NCBI GenBank assembly: GCA_963789435.1
Contig: CAWBKO010000007.1
Coordinates: 189,364 to 253,363 of the forward strand
From: an uncultured Chloroflexia bacterium
GTDB lineage: Bacteria; Chloroflexota; Limnocylindria; QHBO01
Direction: 5' to 3'
Length of the DNA: 64,000 nucleotides
The position numbers and the translations under genes are program-made. The notes under the pieces are model-generated. The model saw only the letters and a program-made list of their open reading frames with translations. It had not been told where the DNA came from and searched no databases. Positions 1 through 11,462 of the stretch are shown piece by piece. Within the stretch, counting starts at the first letter, position 1; each line of letters opens with the position of its first letter.

Positions 1-546
1 GTGGGTACGGCCCGACTTCACGACATCGGCGAACTCGTCGCGCTTGCGCTCGAGCGAGACGGCGAGGTGCTCGAGCGCGGGAATCAGGTCGCGAACGACG
101 CCGGCCGTGGCGGCGATGTGGATCGACGCCGGGAACATGTCGTTCGAGGACAGCGGATGGTTGACATCGTCGTTCGGGTGCACGGGCCGCCCGAGCGACT
201 CCGCGGCGAGCGTGGCCAGCACCTCGTTCATGTTCATGTTGCTGGAGGTACCGGAGCCCGTCTGGAAGACGTCGACGGGGAACTGGTCGTCGTGATCGCC
301 ACGAGCGACCGCGTCGGCCGCATCGATGATCGCCTTCGCCAGCTCCGGCTCGATCAGGCCGAGGTCGCGCTTGACCACCGCCGCCGAGCCCTTGATGCGC
401 GCCAGCGCCTCGATCTGCGACCGCTCGAGGCGACTGCCCGAGATCGGGAAGTTCTCGACGGCGCGCTGGGTCTGCGCCCCCCACCTGGCATGTGACGGAA
501 CTCGAACCTCGCCCATCGTGTCGTGCTCGACCCGATCCTCGCTCAC
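1..546 (-). CDS. fumC: Class II fumarate hydratase (5' part; runs off window start)
   Basis: Manual minus-strand translation from GTG 546: [37 protein letters not shown]...[18 protein letters not shown]...[15 protein letters not shown]. These are FumC signature motifs. The start overlaps the upstream TGA. Confidence 0.95.
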   Translation of the reverse strand, partial: MSEDRVEHDTMGEVRVPSHARWGAQTQRAVENFPISGSRLERSQIEALARIKGSAAVVKRDLGLIEPELAKAIIDAADAVARGDHDDQFPVDVFQTGSGTSSNMNMNEVLATLAAESLGRPVHPNDDVNHPLSSNDMFPASIHIAATAGVVRDLIPALEHLAVSLERKRDEFADVVKSGRTH

Positions 547-995
547 CGGCTGAAGTCGGGCGTGTCGGACTCCGTGAACCGGATGACCGGCGGGATGAGG
601 TAGGGAAGGTAGCCGACATCGAGGTCCTGGAGCACACGGCTCGCCTCGCCGGTCAGCTCGTTGACGAAGATGCCGTGATAGGCCGGCTCATATCGGCGGA
701 GCTTCTCGAGCCCCTCCCGCAGCTTGTTGCGCGCTCCGCGCCGGTTGCGACGCTGGAGGTGCAGGAGGCCCGCGGCAAGCTGGATCAGGCCCTGGTAGAA
801 GTCCCGATCCTCGTCGGGCGCGGCCCGCCAGAGCGTCTCCCACGCCTCGTGCGCGTACCAGTAGCGAACGCCGTTGAAGAGGGCGACTGCCTCGCGGAAG
901 AGCCGCTCATGCTCCTCGGGGTCGAGGGCGGGGGTGCGCCCGCGCCGTGCCGATGGGTCAGCGGTGGGCGTGCTGGCGGCGGGCGTATCGGTCAT
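543..995 (-). CDS. DUF309 family protein
   Basis: [18 protein letters not shown]...[21 protein letters not shown] matches the DUF309 pattern. ATG 995 is preceded by TACGAT. Confidence 0.85.
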   Translation of the reverse strand: MTDTPAASTPTADPSARRGRTPALDPEEHERLFREAVALFNGVRYWYAHEAWETLWRAAPDEDRDFYQGLIQLAAGLLHLQRRNRRGARNKLREGLEKLRRYEPAYHGIFVNELTGEASRVLQDLDVGYLPYLIPPVIRFTESDTPDFSR

Positions 996-1011
996 CGCCG
1001 ACCGATCGTAA

Positions 1012-2675
<1,664 letters not shown>

Positions 2676-2683
2676 CCGGCGCC

Positions 2684-3248
2684 TCAGGATCGAAGGGCGC
2701 GGAATCCGCCATCAGCGACCCTGGCCATGACGAAGACCAGGTCCGCAAGTCGGTTCAGATACGGCACGACGTGCGAGTCGGGAAGACCACCCGCTTCGGC
2801 CAGCGCGACCGAGCGCCGTTCGGCACGCCGAATGGTGGTGCGCGCCACGTCCAGCGCGGCGCCCGTCATCGACTCGCCCGGCACGACGAACTCCTTGGGC
2901 TGTTCCACCAGCCGCTCGAGCTCATCGATCTCGTCCTCGAGGGCGGCGACCATCGGCTCGGTGACCCGCGTCGTGCCGTCGGTCAACCGCTCGCGTCGAT
3001 CAGTCTGGGTGGCAAGCTCGGCGCCGACCACGAACAGCTCCCGCTGCAGGCGCAGGATCAGTTCGGCCAGCCGCGGCCTCGATCCGATCGGTCTCGGCGC
3101 CGATCGTGGCTCGCGCCAGCCCGAGTGCAGAGACGGCTTCATCGGTGGTGCCGTACGCATCGGTCCGCAGATCGGCCTTGCTCACCCGGTCCCCGCCGAA
3201 CAGGAGGCCGGTCGTGCCGGTGTCGCCCTTGCGCGTGTAGATTCGCAT
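2684..3248 (-). CDS. pduO: PduO-type ATP:cob(I)alamin adenosyltransferase (frameshifted)
   Basis: MRIYTRKGDTGTTGL...AYGTTDEA; LQRELFVVGAELA; ARTTIRRAER; YLNRLADLVFVMAR. Confidence 0.92.
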
Positions 3249-3258
3249 CGGGCGCGAC

Positions 3259-3549
3259 CTAGAAGAGGCCCGGAGGCGGCTCCCAGCGCTCGGCCAGCAG
3301 CGTGACCTTGACCGGCGGTCCGACGACCTCCTCGGCCTTGGTCTTCACCGTCTGGATCAGCTCGCCGGCCCACGGGCAGAACGGTGTGGTGAGGACCATC
3401 TTGATCTCGGTCGGCGCGCCGTCGACCCCGAGCTCGATCCCCTTGATCAGGTCGAGGTCAACGATGCTCATCCCGATCTCCGGATCCTGGATGTCGTAGA
3501 GCGCGGTCATCACCTCGTCCACCTTGCCGAGGTTGGAATCAATCGTCAC
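3259..3549 (-). CDS. DUF59/SufT-like metal-sulfur cluster assembly protein
   Basis: LYDIQDPEIGMSIVDLDLI and MVLTTPFCPW match the FeS_assembly_P pattern. GTG start lies 6 nt after TAGACT. Confidence 0.88.
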   Translation of the reverse strand: MTIDSNLGKVDEVMTALYDIQDPEIGMSIVDLDLIKGIELGVDGAPTEIKMVLTTPFCPWAGELIQTVKTKAEEVVGPPVKVTLLAERWEPPPGLF

Positions 3550-3620
3550 GCACACAGTCTACGCTGCTGCGCGAGGGAGCACCCGAGGGCCACCCGTCGA
3601 CGCCGCCTGCCACCCGCTCG

Positions 3621-4346
3621 CTAGAGCAGTCTGTCGTCGAAGACCGGATGCGGGCTGGGGACGAGCGGACGCACGCGGGTATAGCCCTCGTAGATCGGAT
3701 GGCCGCCCTCGATCGCGGCGCGGAGCGCGGCCAGCTCCTCGGCGACGTCCGCCTGGCTGGCGTGGCACGCAAGCGCCTCCGCCTTGCGTCCGGAGACGGG
3801 CGTGATCTCGATCCGATGCGTGGCGGCCTGCTCCTCGGGCGACAGGTCGTAGCGGTTCCCGCTCGGGTCGAAGATCGGGCTGATGACGTAGACGGCGTTG
3901 GGCGCCGTGCCCGCGTCGGCGAGCCGCTCGACCGCCCAGCGCGTGGCGTTGCCGACGACGATGTGATCGGGGTTCCCGGTGACGCCGTGCGGCCCGAAGG
4001 TGATGACCGCCGCCGGACGCCGCTCGGCCATCCAGGCCGCGATCTCGTCGACCAGCTGTTCGAACGGCTGGTCCGCCACACCGCCATCGGCGTAGCCCTC
4101 GAGGAGCGAGACCTCGTCGAGACCGAGAGAGCGCGCGGCACCGATCAGCTCCGCCTCGCGCTGGTCGCCGATCGCGGGATCGGAGGTTCCATCCGGAGAG
4201 CCGGCCTCGCCGCGCGTGACGACCAGGAGCCGCGTGGTGGCTCCCGCGTCATGGGCCAGGGCGAGCGCACCGCCGCAGCCGAAGCTCTCGTCGTCGGGAT
4301 GGGCGAGGACGGCCGCCAGGCCGCCGGGCGCGATCGGGTAGCTCAC
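3621..4346 (-). CDS. PIG-L/LmbE (MshB-like) N-acetyl deacetylase
   Basis: AVLAHPDDESFGCGG, TRGEAG, REAEL..AA..LG, ITFGPHGVTGNPDH, K.EAL.CHASQ. Confidence 0.9.
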   Translation of the reverse strand: MSYPIAPGGLAAVLAHPDDESFGCGGALALAHDAGATTRLLVVTRGEAGSPDGTSDPAIGDQREAELIGAARSLGLDEVSLLEGYADGGVADQPFEQLVDEIAAWMAERRPAAVITFGPHGVTGNPDHIVVGNATRWAVERLADAGTAPNAVYVISPIFDPSGNRYDLSPEEQAATHRIEITPVSGRKAEALACHASQADVAEELAALRAAIEGGHPIYEGYTRVRPLVPSPHPVFDDRLL

Positions 4347-4723
4347 CGATTCTCCTCGGTCGGGTCGACAGGGGTGTCGTCGTCGTCGTCGGAGAGCAGG
4401 GACCATCCCTGGCGCTCGACGCTGGTCCTCATCGTACGCAGGACGGCGAGCTTGCCGCTGGCGACCTCCGCAATGAAGCGGCGGGTGCCGGCGTCATCGA
4501 GGGACGACCCCGGCGGCGCGCTGCCGCGCCCGACGTTGAGCCAGGCGAGGTGGTAGCGATCCATCGGTCCCCAAACTCGCCCGAGCAGCGCATCCGACTC
4601 GAGCAGCCATTGCCGGAAGCCATCCCACTCCGGCTCCGCGACCAGCCGGTCGCCGGTCTCGATCAGCGCATCGGTGGCGGCAAGGAACGCCGTGCGGGAC
4701 ATGACGGCGGGATGCGCGTTCAC
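4343..4723 (-). CDS. Hypothetical protein
   Basis: Compact ORF with TATACT 8 nt upstream of GTG 4723. Its stop overlaps the PIG-L gene start. Confidence 0.6.
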   Translation of the reverse strand: MNAHPAVMSRTAFLAATDALIETGDRLVAEPEWDGFRQWLLESDALLGRVWGPMDRYHLAWLNVGRGSAPPGSSLDDAGTRRFIAEVASGKLAVLRTMRTSVERQGWSLLSDDDDDTPVDPTEENR

Positions 4724-4801
4724 GGTGCCCGAGTATAGAGGCGCGCAAGCACGTCGTTCGTACCATTGCCCGGCCGTGTCCCGCCACCGGAGACTGGCCA
4801 C

Positions 4802-6443
4802 ATGGAACGAAGCCCGAGCGGGCACGCCGCCCGCGCCGTGCTTGCTGTGCTGGCGACCGCCGCGCTCCTGGCGCCTGTCTTCGTGCTGCACGCGCTTCCG
4901 GCCACCGAGCTGGACGCCGTTGGCCTCGGCTGGGTGATTCCGGCGCTTGCCGTCGGGCTGCTCGGCACCGCCGGAGCCGCAACCATCGCCTCACTGGCGA
5001 CCGGCCTGCGGTATGGCTCCCTCGTCTCCCTGCTGCTGGCGGGGGGCTCGGCGGCACTCGTCGGCGGAGCCCTCGCGCGCCTCAGCGGTGGCGGGACGAT
5101 CGCGCTGTCGATCCTGACGGCGGCCGGGCTGATGCTTGCGGCGGCCGTCGCAGAGCGGCTCGGCACGCTGGTGCCCGGGCGTCAAGCTCGCCTCGTGACG
5201 GCCGGCGTCCTGCTGATCGTGGCCGAGGCCATGGTCATCGCCGAGGTGATCCCGACGGTCATGGACGCCATCGCTCCCTATCACCAGGCCCTGCTGGCGG
5301 CCGCGGCCGTGCTTGCCGGCGTCGCGTCCATCGTGGTCGCGACGCGCGACCTTGCCCCCGCGGCCGTCGCCATGGCGGTCGGCGCCACCGCCCTCGCACT
5401 CGCGCGAGGGGAGGGCGCGGAGCTCGCCGTGGGCCTCGCCGCGCTCTCTGGCGCCGGGTTGCTGACCGCTCGCTCGCTGCTCGCGACCGAGCGCACGACC
5501 AACGAGATCGACGGCGAAGCGTTGCCGGCGCTCGCCACACAGCTGGCCGAGGGGGTTCTGCGCTTCGACGGACACCTTCGTCTCCGCTCCTGGAACCCCG
5601 CCGCGGCGGCCGTGCTCGGATTGGACGAAGGGTCGGCGGGCAGCCGGCTCGAAGACCTGCTGGGCCTCTCGCTGTCACAGCTGCCGGCCACCTCCGAGAC
5701 GGTCCTGCACCGGACGCCCGTCGGCGGCCTGGACCTGTCGATCCATCGTGAGCCGAACGCCATGACGGTCGTGGTCCACGACCCCGGCATCGCCATCGAC
5801 GCCGACCGGCTGGGCCGGGAGCTGCGCCGCACCATCGAGGATCTCCTCCAGGCGCGGCGCACGGTCGAGCTGCAGCGCGCCGAACTCGAGCGAGCGACCG
5901 CGATCGATCCGCTCACCGGGGTCTCCAGCCGCGGCTCGATCCTCGATCGGCTACGGATCGAGGTGTCGGAGGCGCGCCGCTACCAGCATCCGGTGGCCGT
6001 CGTCCTCCTCGACGTCGATCATTCGGCGAGATCAACAGCGTCCACGGCATCGCGGGCGGTGATGCCGTGCTTCGAGAGGTCGCGCTCCGCATCCGGCTCC
6101 GCGTCCGAGCGGCCGACGCGATCGGGCGGTCCGGCAGCGACGGGTTGCTCGCGGTCCTGCCCCACACCGACGAGGGCGGTGCGGCCACCTTTGCCGATGT
6201 CCTCCGGCGGCGCATCGGCCAGCGACCGATCTCGGTCGGGAGCGACGGAGATCGCAGCCACGCTCAGCGTCGGGCGTGGCCGTCATGCGGCCCGGCGAGG
6301 ATCTCGACTTCGACGGGCTGATGGCCCGTGCCGAGCAGGCGCTCCGGAGGGCGCGTGATGCCGGTGGCGACCAGATCGCGCTCGACCGGCCCGCCGGCGA
6401 ACCGCGAGTCGACGCCTGGCCGCCCGCGCGCGCGAGCGGCTGA
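4802..6443 (+). CDS. Multi-pass membrane protein with PAS-like region and degenerate GGDEF domain (frameshifted)
   Basis: About 7 hydrophobic helices, then FDGHLRLRSWNPAA (PAS-like), a coiled coil, IDPLTGV, VAVVLLDVDH and RAADAIGRSGSDGL. The C-terminus is in shifted frames, so the end is approximate. Confidence 0.8.
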
Positions 6444-6581
6444 CGCTCGCGGACGATGACGCCACGGACGAGGCAATCGACGAAGGAGCCTAGTCAGCGT
6501 CGGTGCGCTCTGCGCGCCATGATCGTTGTATGACGCGACGGGTCACCTGGAACCGTCCTGCGAACGGCCCACCGGCCAATC

Positions 6582-6626
6582 TTATCCACCGATGTCATAC
6601 AATGTGTGGGTACGTTCTGTGGATAA
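6582..6626. promoter_or_regulatory. Two oppositely oriented DnaA-box matches flanking a TACAAT -10-like hexamer upstream of thyX
   Basis: TTATCCACC at 6582-6590 (8/9 match to TTATCCACA); TGTGGATAA at 6618-6626 (perfect reverse complement); TACAAT at 6598-6603. Confidence 0.6.
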
Positions 6627-6670
6627 CCCCCTACTCATGCCGGCCGCCGGCTGGCACCGTGAGGTCGCAC

Positions 6671-7612
6671 ATGCCCTCCACCTCCACCGACCTCTCCGCC
6701 AAGCTGATCTTCCCGACGAAAGAGATCGTCGAGGAGTTCTACCTGCCGATCATCTACACCGCCTGTCGCACCTGCTACTCGGAGCAGGTTCCCGATCAGA
6801 TCTGGGACAAGGCGGTCAGCCGCCAGATCGCTGACGAGAAGCAGCAGAGCCTGGTGCGGAAGGTGATGGAGTCCGGGCACGGCTCGACCATCGAGCACGT
6901 GAACTTCACGTTTGCCATCAGCGGCGTGACCCGCGCCCTCAGCCACCAGCTGGTTCGGCATCGCGCCGGCACGGCGTTCGACCAGCAGTCGCAACGCTAC
7001 GTCAGCTTCAAGAAGCGCGACAACTACACGGTCCCCGACTCGATCGCGAACGGCGAACTGCCAGACGACCTCGCCGGCCGATTCCAACGAGCCATCGACG
7101 AGAACCTCGACCTCTACGGGCAGCTGCTGCAGGCCGAGGTCCCGGCCGAGGACGCCCGCTTCATCTTCCCGAACGCGATGCAGACCAACCTGATCATGAC
7201 GGTCAACCTGCGCCAGCTCATCCACATGAGCGGGCTGCGCCTCTGCACGATGGCGCAGTGGGAGATCCGCCAGCTCTTCAAGCAGATCCGTCACGAAGTC
7301 TTCCGGGTCAGCCCGTTCTTCGGCAGCTTCCTGGTGCCGAAGTGCGTGCCGCTCGGCTACTGCGACGAGATGGGCAATCGCGACGAGCACTGTCGCATCA
7401 AGCCGCATCGCGACACGGTCATGGCCGTCTGGGAGGCCTATCGCGGCGGCGCGCTCGAGGAGATCGACGGTCCGGTGGTGCCCGACACGAGCCCGTTCCG
7501 CCCGAAGCCGCGACGAGCGGCCCTGCCGGTGGCGGATGGCGACGTGCGCCCCGCGAATCCCGAGCCGTTGGGTGCCGCGGTGGGGCAGGCCGGAGGATCA
7601 GACCGGGTCTGA
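6671..7612 (+). CDS. thyX: FAD-dependent thymidylate synthase
   Basis: GHGSTIEH, SHQLVRHRAGTAFDQQSQRY, EDARFIFP, AQWEIR. GAGG RBS precedes ATG 6671. Confidence 0.95.
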   Translation: MPSTSTDLSAKLIFPTKEIVEEFYLPIIYTACRTCYSEQVPDQIWDKAVSRQIADEKQQSLVRKVMESGHGSTIEHVNFTFAISGVTRALSHQLVRHRAGTAFDQQSQRYVSFKKRDNYTVPDSIANGELPDDLAGRFQRAIDENLDLYGQLLQAEVPAEDARFIFPNAMQTNLIMTVNLRQLIHMSGLRLCTMAQWEIRQLFKQIRHEVFRVSPFFGSFLVPKCVPLGYCDEMGNRDEHCRIKPHRDTVMAVWEAYRGGALEEIDGPVVPDTSPFRPKPRRAALPVADGDVRPANPEPLGAAVGQAGGSDRV

Positions 7613-7622
7613 CCCACGCAGG

Positions 7623-8072
7623 TCAGTTGTCGGACGACACCCCGTCGCCCAGGGTGAACCGGCGGAGGTCCTCCGCGCAGGCCTCGGCCAGGCGCCGCGC
7701 CTCGTTGACGAGGAACGTGCTCATCTTGGTCGAGTCGACGATCAGGACCGTGTGGCCTCGATCGTTTCGGTCGAGCACGATCCGATCGTCGCCGTGGAAG
7801 CTGATCGACCAGTTGGCCTGGAGCTGTACCAGCTCGGCCAGCACGACCTTCTCGCTGAAGTACCAGTCGAGGAACTCTGCGTTCAGCGCCGTCACGACAT
7901 CACGGAGCTGAAGCGACTCGTTGCGCCGCAGGCGAGAGACGAAGTGAACGACGCGCAGAGCCGCAAATGGATCGCCGCTCCGCGCAAGCTGAGGGGGTGC
8001 CAGGGTTGGGTCCGGCATCCCCTCGGGGGCCGGACCCACCAGCGACGCACTCACCGGACGCGCATCGGTCAA
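7623..8072 (-). CDS. Hypothetical protein coupled to sulfurtransferase
   Basis: Intact 149-aa ORF with globular composition. Its start overlaps the sulfurtransferase stop. Confidence 0.65.
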   Translation of the reverse strand: MTDARPVSASLVGPAPEGMPDPTLAPPQLARSGDPFAALRVVHFVSRLRRNESLQLRDVVTALNAEFLDWYFSEKVVLAELVQLQANWSISFHGDDRIVLDRNDRGHTVLIVDSTKMSTFLVNEARRLAEACAEDLRRFTLGDGVSSDN

Positions 8073-8944
8073 TTCGTGGTCGCCTCACCGATCTCGATCG
8101 GTACGCCGACCAGGGAGCCGTACTCGGTCCATGAACCGTCGTAGTTGCGCACGTTGCGATAGCCGAGCAGCTCGTGCAGGACGAACCAAGTGTGACTGGA
8201 TCGCTCCCCGATGCGGCAGTAGGCGACGACCTCGTCCTCGCCCGAGACGCCCTTGGCGCCGTACAGCTCGCGAAGCTGCTCGATCGGCTTGAAGGTTCCG
8301 TCCTCGGCAACGGCGGTCGACCACGGCACGTTGACCGCTCCGGGGATGTGGCCGCGTCGCTGAGCGGCCTCCTGCGGCAGGTGCGCGGGCGCGGCAAGCT
8401 CCCCGCGGAACTCCTCGGGCGAGCGAACGTCGACAAGGTCGCGGCCCGAGTCGGCGCCATCGATGACCTGCTGGCGATAGGCGCGCAGCTCTTCGCGCGT
8501 CCGGTCCGGCAGCGTGATGGATCCCTCGGGGTGCGATGGCGCATCGGTCGTGAGCGGCAGGCCCTCGGCCTCGACCTTGATCCGGCCGCCGTCGAGCAGG
8601 CTGACGTTGTCGAGCCCCTGGTAGCGGAGCTGCCAGTACGCCCAGGCCGCGAACCAGTTGTTGTTGTCGCCGTACAGCACGATCCGCGTGTCGTCGTCGA
8701 TGCCGGCCGCGCGCAGCAGGGACTGCAGCTCCTCGCGGCTGACCAGGTCGCGCACGACTGGATCGGTCAGCTGGCTCTTCCAGTTGATGCCGGTCGCGCC
8801 GGGCAAGTGGCCGGTGTCGTAGGCATCGGTATCGACGTCGACCTCGAGGAAGCGGACCTTCGGGTCGTCCAGGTGCTCCCGGGCCCAATCGGTGCTGACG
8901 AGGGCAGCCGGAGCGGAGGCGGTGGTTGGATCTGCAACGGACAT
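8069..8944 (-). CDS. Two-domain thiosulfate sulfurtransferase (rhodanese, CysA/TtuD-like)
   Basis: YDTGHLPGA, LLDGGR.K, VDVRSPEEFRGE, GHIPGA, active-site YCRIGERSS, and YDGSWTEYG. Confidence 0.95.
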   Translation of the reverse strand: MSVADPTTASAPAALVSTDWAREHLDDPKVRFLEVDVDTDAYDTGHLPGATGINWKSQLTDPVVRDLVSREELQSLLRAAGIDDDTRIVLYGDNNNWFAAWAYWQLRYQGLDNVSLLDGGRIKVEAEGLPLTTDAPSHPEGSITLPDRTREELRAYRQQVIDGADSGRDLVDVRSPEEFRGELAAPAHLPQEAAQRRGHIPGAVNVPWSTAVAEDGTFKPIEQLRELYGAKGVSGEDEVVAYCRIGERSSHTWFVLHELLGYRNVRNYDGSWTEYGSLVGVPIEIGEATTN

Positions 8945-9025
8945 CGGGGGGTCGAAGGCTCCTTCGAGCCGTGTTCGACGGGCGCGCGGGCTGTTGCCGC
9001 GCGGGCGGATGGGATTGGGGCCGGC

Positions 9026-9050
9026 AAGTCCGACCGAACAGGTCGGAGTA
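9026..9050. promoter_or_regulatory. Inverted repeat (CCGAC-N7-GTCGG), candidate Rrf2/IscR-type operator
   Basis: AAGTCCGACCGAACAGGTCGGAGTA in the divergent intergenic region, overlapping a minus-strand GATACT -10-like hexamer. Confidence 0.5.
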
Positions 9051-9233
9051 TCGCCCCTTCACCCGAGCGGATCAACCGACCCTGAATCCGGTCCGGCGGG
9101 GGTACCGGTCCGGTGCGGCGGCGCACCGGCCCCCCCTAGGACTTTCGACCCGTTGGTGCCTCGCCGGCCAGCGCGTACCGTTCGGTCAACGGCCGCGATC
9201 GTGCTCGCGCGGCCGAAGTCCGCAGGAGGCAAC

Positions 9234-9812
9234 GTGACGTTCTGGAATCCGCGACGCGGCGGCCCCGGCCCATCGGCAACGCAGGGCAGCGCGGCGCTCG
9301 CCGCCGCCCCGGAGCTCGCACCCATCGAGCTCTACACCGCGGAGTCCAGGATCGTCGGCTGGATCGCACCGAACGGCCAGCGGGTGACCGATCTGCTCAG
9401 CAGCCAGGACGAGCTGCGGCTCTGGCGCCCAAGCCCCGGCCCGTTGGATGACACCAGCCCGCCATCTGCGAATGGCAGGGTCCCCGGAGACACCGGCGAG
9501 TGGGAGTCACTGCCGACCGCGCAGGTCATCCTGGCCATGCCTCCCGAATGGCGCGCCAGCCGGCAGCTTCGGCTCCACCGCCGCCTGCGCCGGGCCGCTG
9601 TCAGCGCCGGCCCGTTCAGCGTGACCGGCAACGTCCATCTGCCGCCCGGCGTCGAAGTCGGGCTCCACCTGGCGCGGAGCCAGACCTTCGTGCCGCTCAC
9701 CGATGCGTACATCCTGCACAACGGCGAGCCACCCTTCGAGCACGTGGTGAGCGTCGTGATCGTCAACAGCGCCCACGTCGCGCAGATGGTTCCGCTCGTC
9801 ACTCTCGCCTGA
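9234..9812 (+). CDS. Hypothetical beta-rich protein (possibly two tandem small domains)
   Basis: GGAGG RBS, then GTG 9234. Contains IELYTAESRIVG, GPFSVTGNVHLPPG and FVPLTDAYI. Confidence 0.65.
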   Translation: MTFWNPRRGGPGPSATQGSAALAAAPELAPIELYTAESRIVGWIAPNGQRVTDLLSSQDELRLWRPSPGPLDDTSPPSANGRVPGDTGEWESLPTAQVILAMPPEWRASRQLRLHRRLRRAAVSAGPFSVTGNVHLPPGVEVGLHLARSQTFVPLTDAYILHNGEPPFEHVVSVVIVNSAHVAQMVPLVTLA

Positions 9813-9853
9813 GGCCCGCCGCACCCGGGGACTCGCGGCCATAATCGCGGGAC

Positions 9854-11452
9854 ATGGCCGTCCTGCGCAGCTCGCTCGATCCCAACTCCGAGGCGTTCCG
9901 CGCCAATGCCGATGCGATGCGCTCCACGGTGGAGGACCTCCGCGGCCGCACCCAGGCGCTGACCGAGCGTGGCGCCGGCGGCGATGACCGCTCGATCGCT
10001 CGCCATCGCGAGCGCGGCAAGCTGCCGGTCAGGGAGCGGATCGATCGGCTGATCGACCCCGGCAGCGCCTTTCTGGAGCTCAGCGCGCATGCCGCCAACG
10101 GCCTCTACGACGACGAGGCGCCGGGCGCGGGGATCGTCACCGGCATCGGTCGCATCGAGGGCGTCGAATGCGCGATCGTGGCCAACGACGCGACGGTCAA
10201 AGGCGGCACGTATTACCCGCTGACGGTCAAGAAGCACCTGCGGGCGCAAGAGATCGCGCTCGAAAACCGGCTGCCCTGCCTCTACCTCGTCGACTCCGGT
10301 GGCGCATTCCTGCCGATGCAGGACGAGGTCTTCCCGGATCGGGAGCACTTCGGACGGATCTTCTACAACCAGGCGCAGCTCTCGGCTCGCCGCATTCCGC
10401 AGGTGGCGCTGGTGATGGGATCATGCACCGCCGGCGGTGCGTACGTTCCGGCCATGTCCGATGAGACCGTGATCGTGAAGGGCACCGGCACGATCTTCCT
10501 GGCGGGGCCGCCGCTGGTGAAGGCGGCCACGGGCGAGGAGGTGACGGCGGAGGAGCTCGGCGGGGCCGAGGTGCACACGACCCAATCGGGCGTTGCCGAC
10601 CACTACGCCCTCGATGACGAGCATGCTCTCGCCATCGGCCGCTCGATCGTTCGGAACCTGGCCTGGCGCAAGCCGGATCCGCCGTGGCATGTCGGCGAGC
10701 CGCGCGAGCCATCGGTCTCCCCGGAGGAGCTCTACGGCGTCATCCCAGCCGACCCGCGCCAGTCGTACGACGTGCGCGAGGTGATCGCACGCGTCGTCGA
10801 CGATTCAGAGCTGCACGAGTTCAAGGAACGCTACGGCGAGACCCTCGTCACCGGGTTCGCGCACATCGCTGGCCACCCGGTCGGGATCATCGCCAACAAC
10901 GGCATCCTGTTCGGCGAGTCCGCGTTGAAGGGTGCCCATTTCGTGGAGCTGGCCAGCCAGCGACGGATCCCGCTCGTCTTCCTCCAGAACATCACCGGCT
11001 TCATGGTCGGAAAGGAGTACGAGGCAGGCGGTATCGCTCGAGATGGCGCGAAGCTGGTCACCGCCGTCTCGACCACGAACGTGCCGAAGTTCACGGTGAT
11101 CATCGGCGGCAGCTTCGGGGCCGGGAACTACGGGATGGCCGGGCGGGCGTATGGCCCGCGCCAGCTGTGGATGTGGCCGAACGCGCGGATCAGCGTCATG
11201 GGCGGTGCCCAGGCGGCCAGGGTGCTGTCGACGGTTCGCGGAGGGTTTGAGACCGATGCGGATCGCGACGCGTTCGAGGCTCCGATCCTCGACAAGTACG
11301 AGCGTGAAGGTTCGCCCTATCACTCGACGGCCCGACTGTGGGACGACGGCGTCATCGATCCGCTCGATACCCGTCGCGTCCTGGCGCTCGGCATCAGCGC
11401 GGCGCTCAACGCGCCGATCCCCGAGCCCGGCTTCAGCCTGTTCCGCATGTAG
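9854..11452 (+). CDS. mccB: 3-methylcrotonyl-CoA carboxylase carboxyltransferase (beta) subunit
   Basis: [80 protein letters not shown]. Confidence 0.95.
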   Translation: MAVLRSSLDPNSEAFRANADAMRSTVEDLRGRTQALTERGAGGDDRSIARHRERGKLPVRERIDRLIDPGSAFLELSAHAANGLYDDEAPGAGIVTGIGRIEGVECAIVANDATVKGGTYYPLTVKKHLRAQEIALENRLPCLYLVDSGGAFLPMQDEVFPDREHFGRIFYNQAQLSARRIPQVALVMGSCTAGGAYVPAMSDETVIVKGTGTIFLAGPPLVKAATGEEVTAEELGGAEVHTTQSGVADHYALDDEHALAIGRSIVRNLAWRKPDPPWHVGEPREPSVSPEELYGVIPADPRQSYDVREVIARVVDDSELHEFKERYGETLVTGFAHIAGHPVGIIANNGILFGESALKGAHFVELASQRRIPLVFLQNITGFMVGKEYEAGGIARDGAKLVTAVSTTNVPKFTVIIGGSFGAGNYGMAGRAYGPRQLWMWPNARISVMGGAQAARVLSTVRGGFETDADRDAFEAPILDKYEREGSPYHSTARLWDDGVIDPLDTRRVLALGISAALNAPIPEPGFSLFRM

Positions 11453-11462
11453 GAGGCCCGCA

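Noticed and set aside
6590-6615. NrdR box upstream of thyX
   Set aside because: The best alignment to the NrdR consensus has several mismatches at conserved positions.
6560-6640. Replication origin (oriC)
   Set aside because: There are only two DnaA boxes, no extended AT-rich unwinding element, and no dnaA/dnaN context.
6671-7612. Extra Cys motifs and RHR-X8-S spacing in ThyX as novelty
   Set aside because: As I recall, similar Cys motifs and spacing variants occur in other ThyX proteins; there is no basis here to claim novelty.
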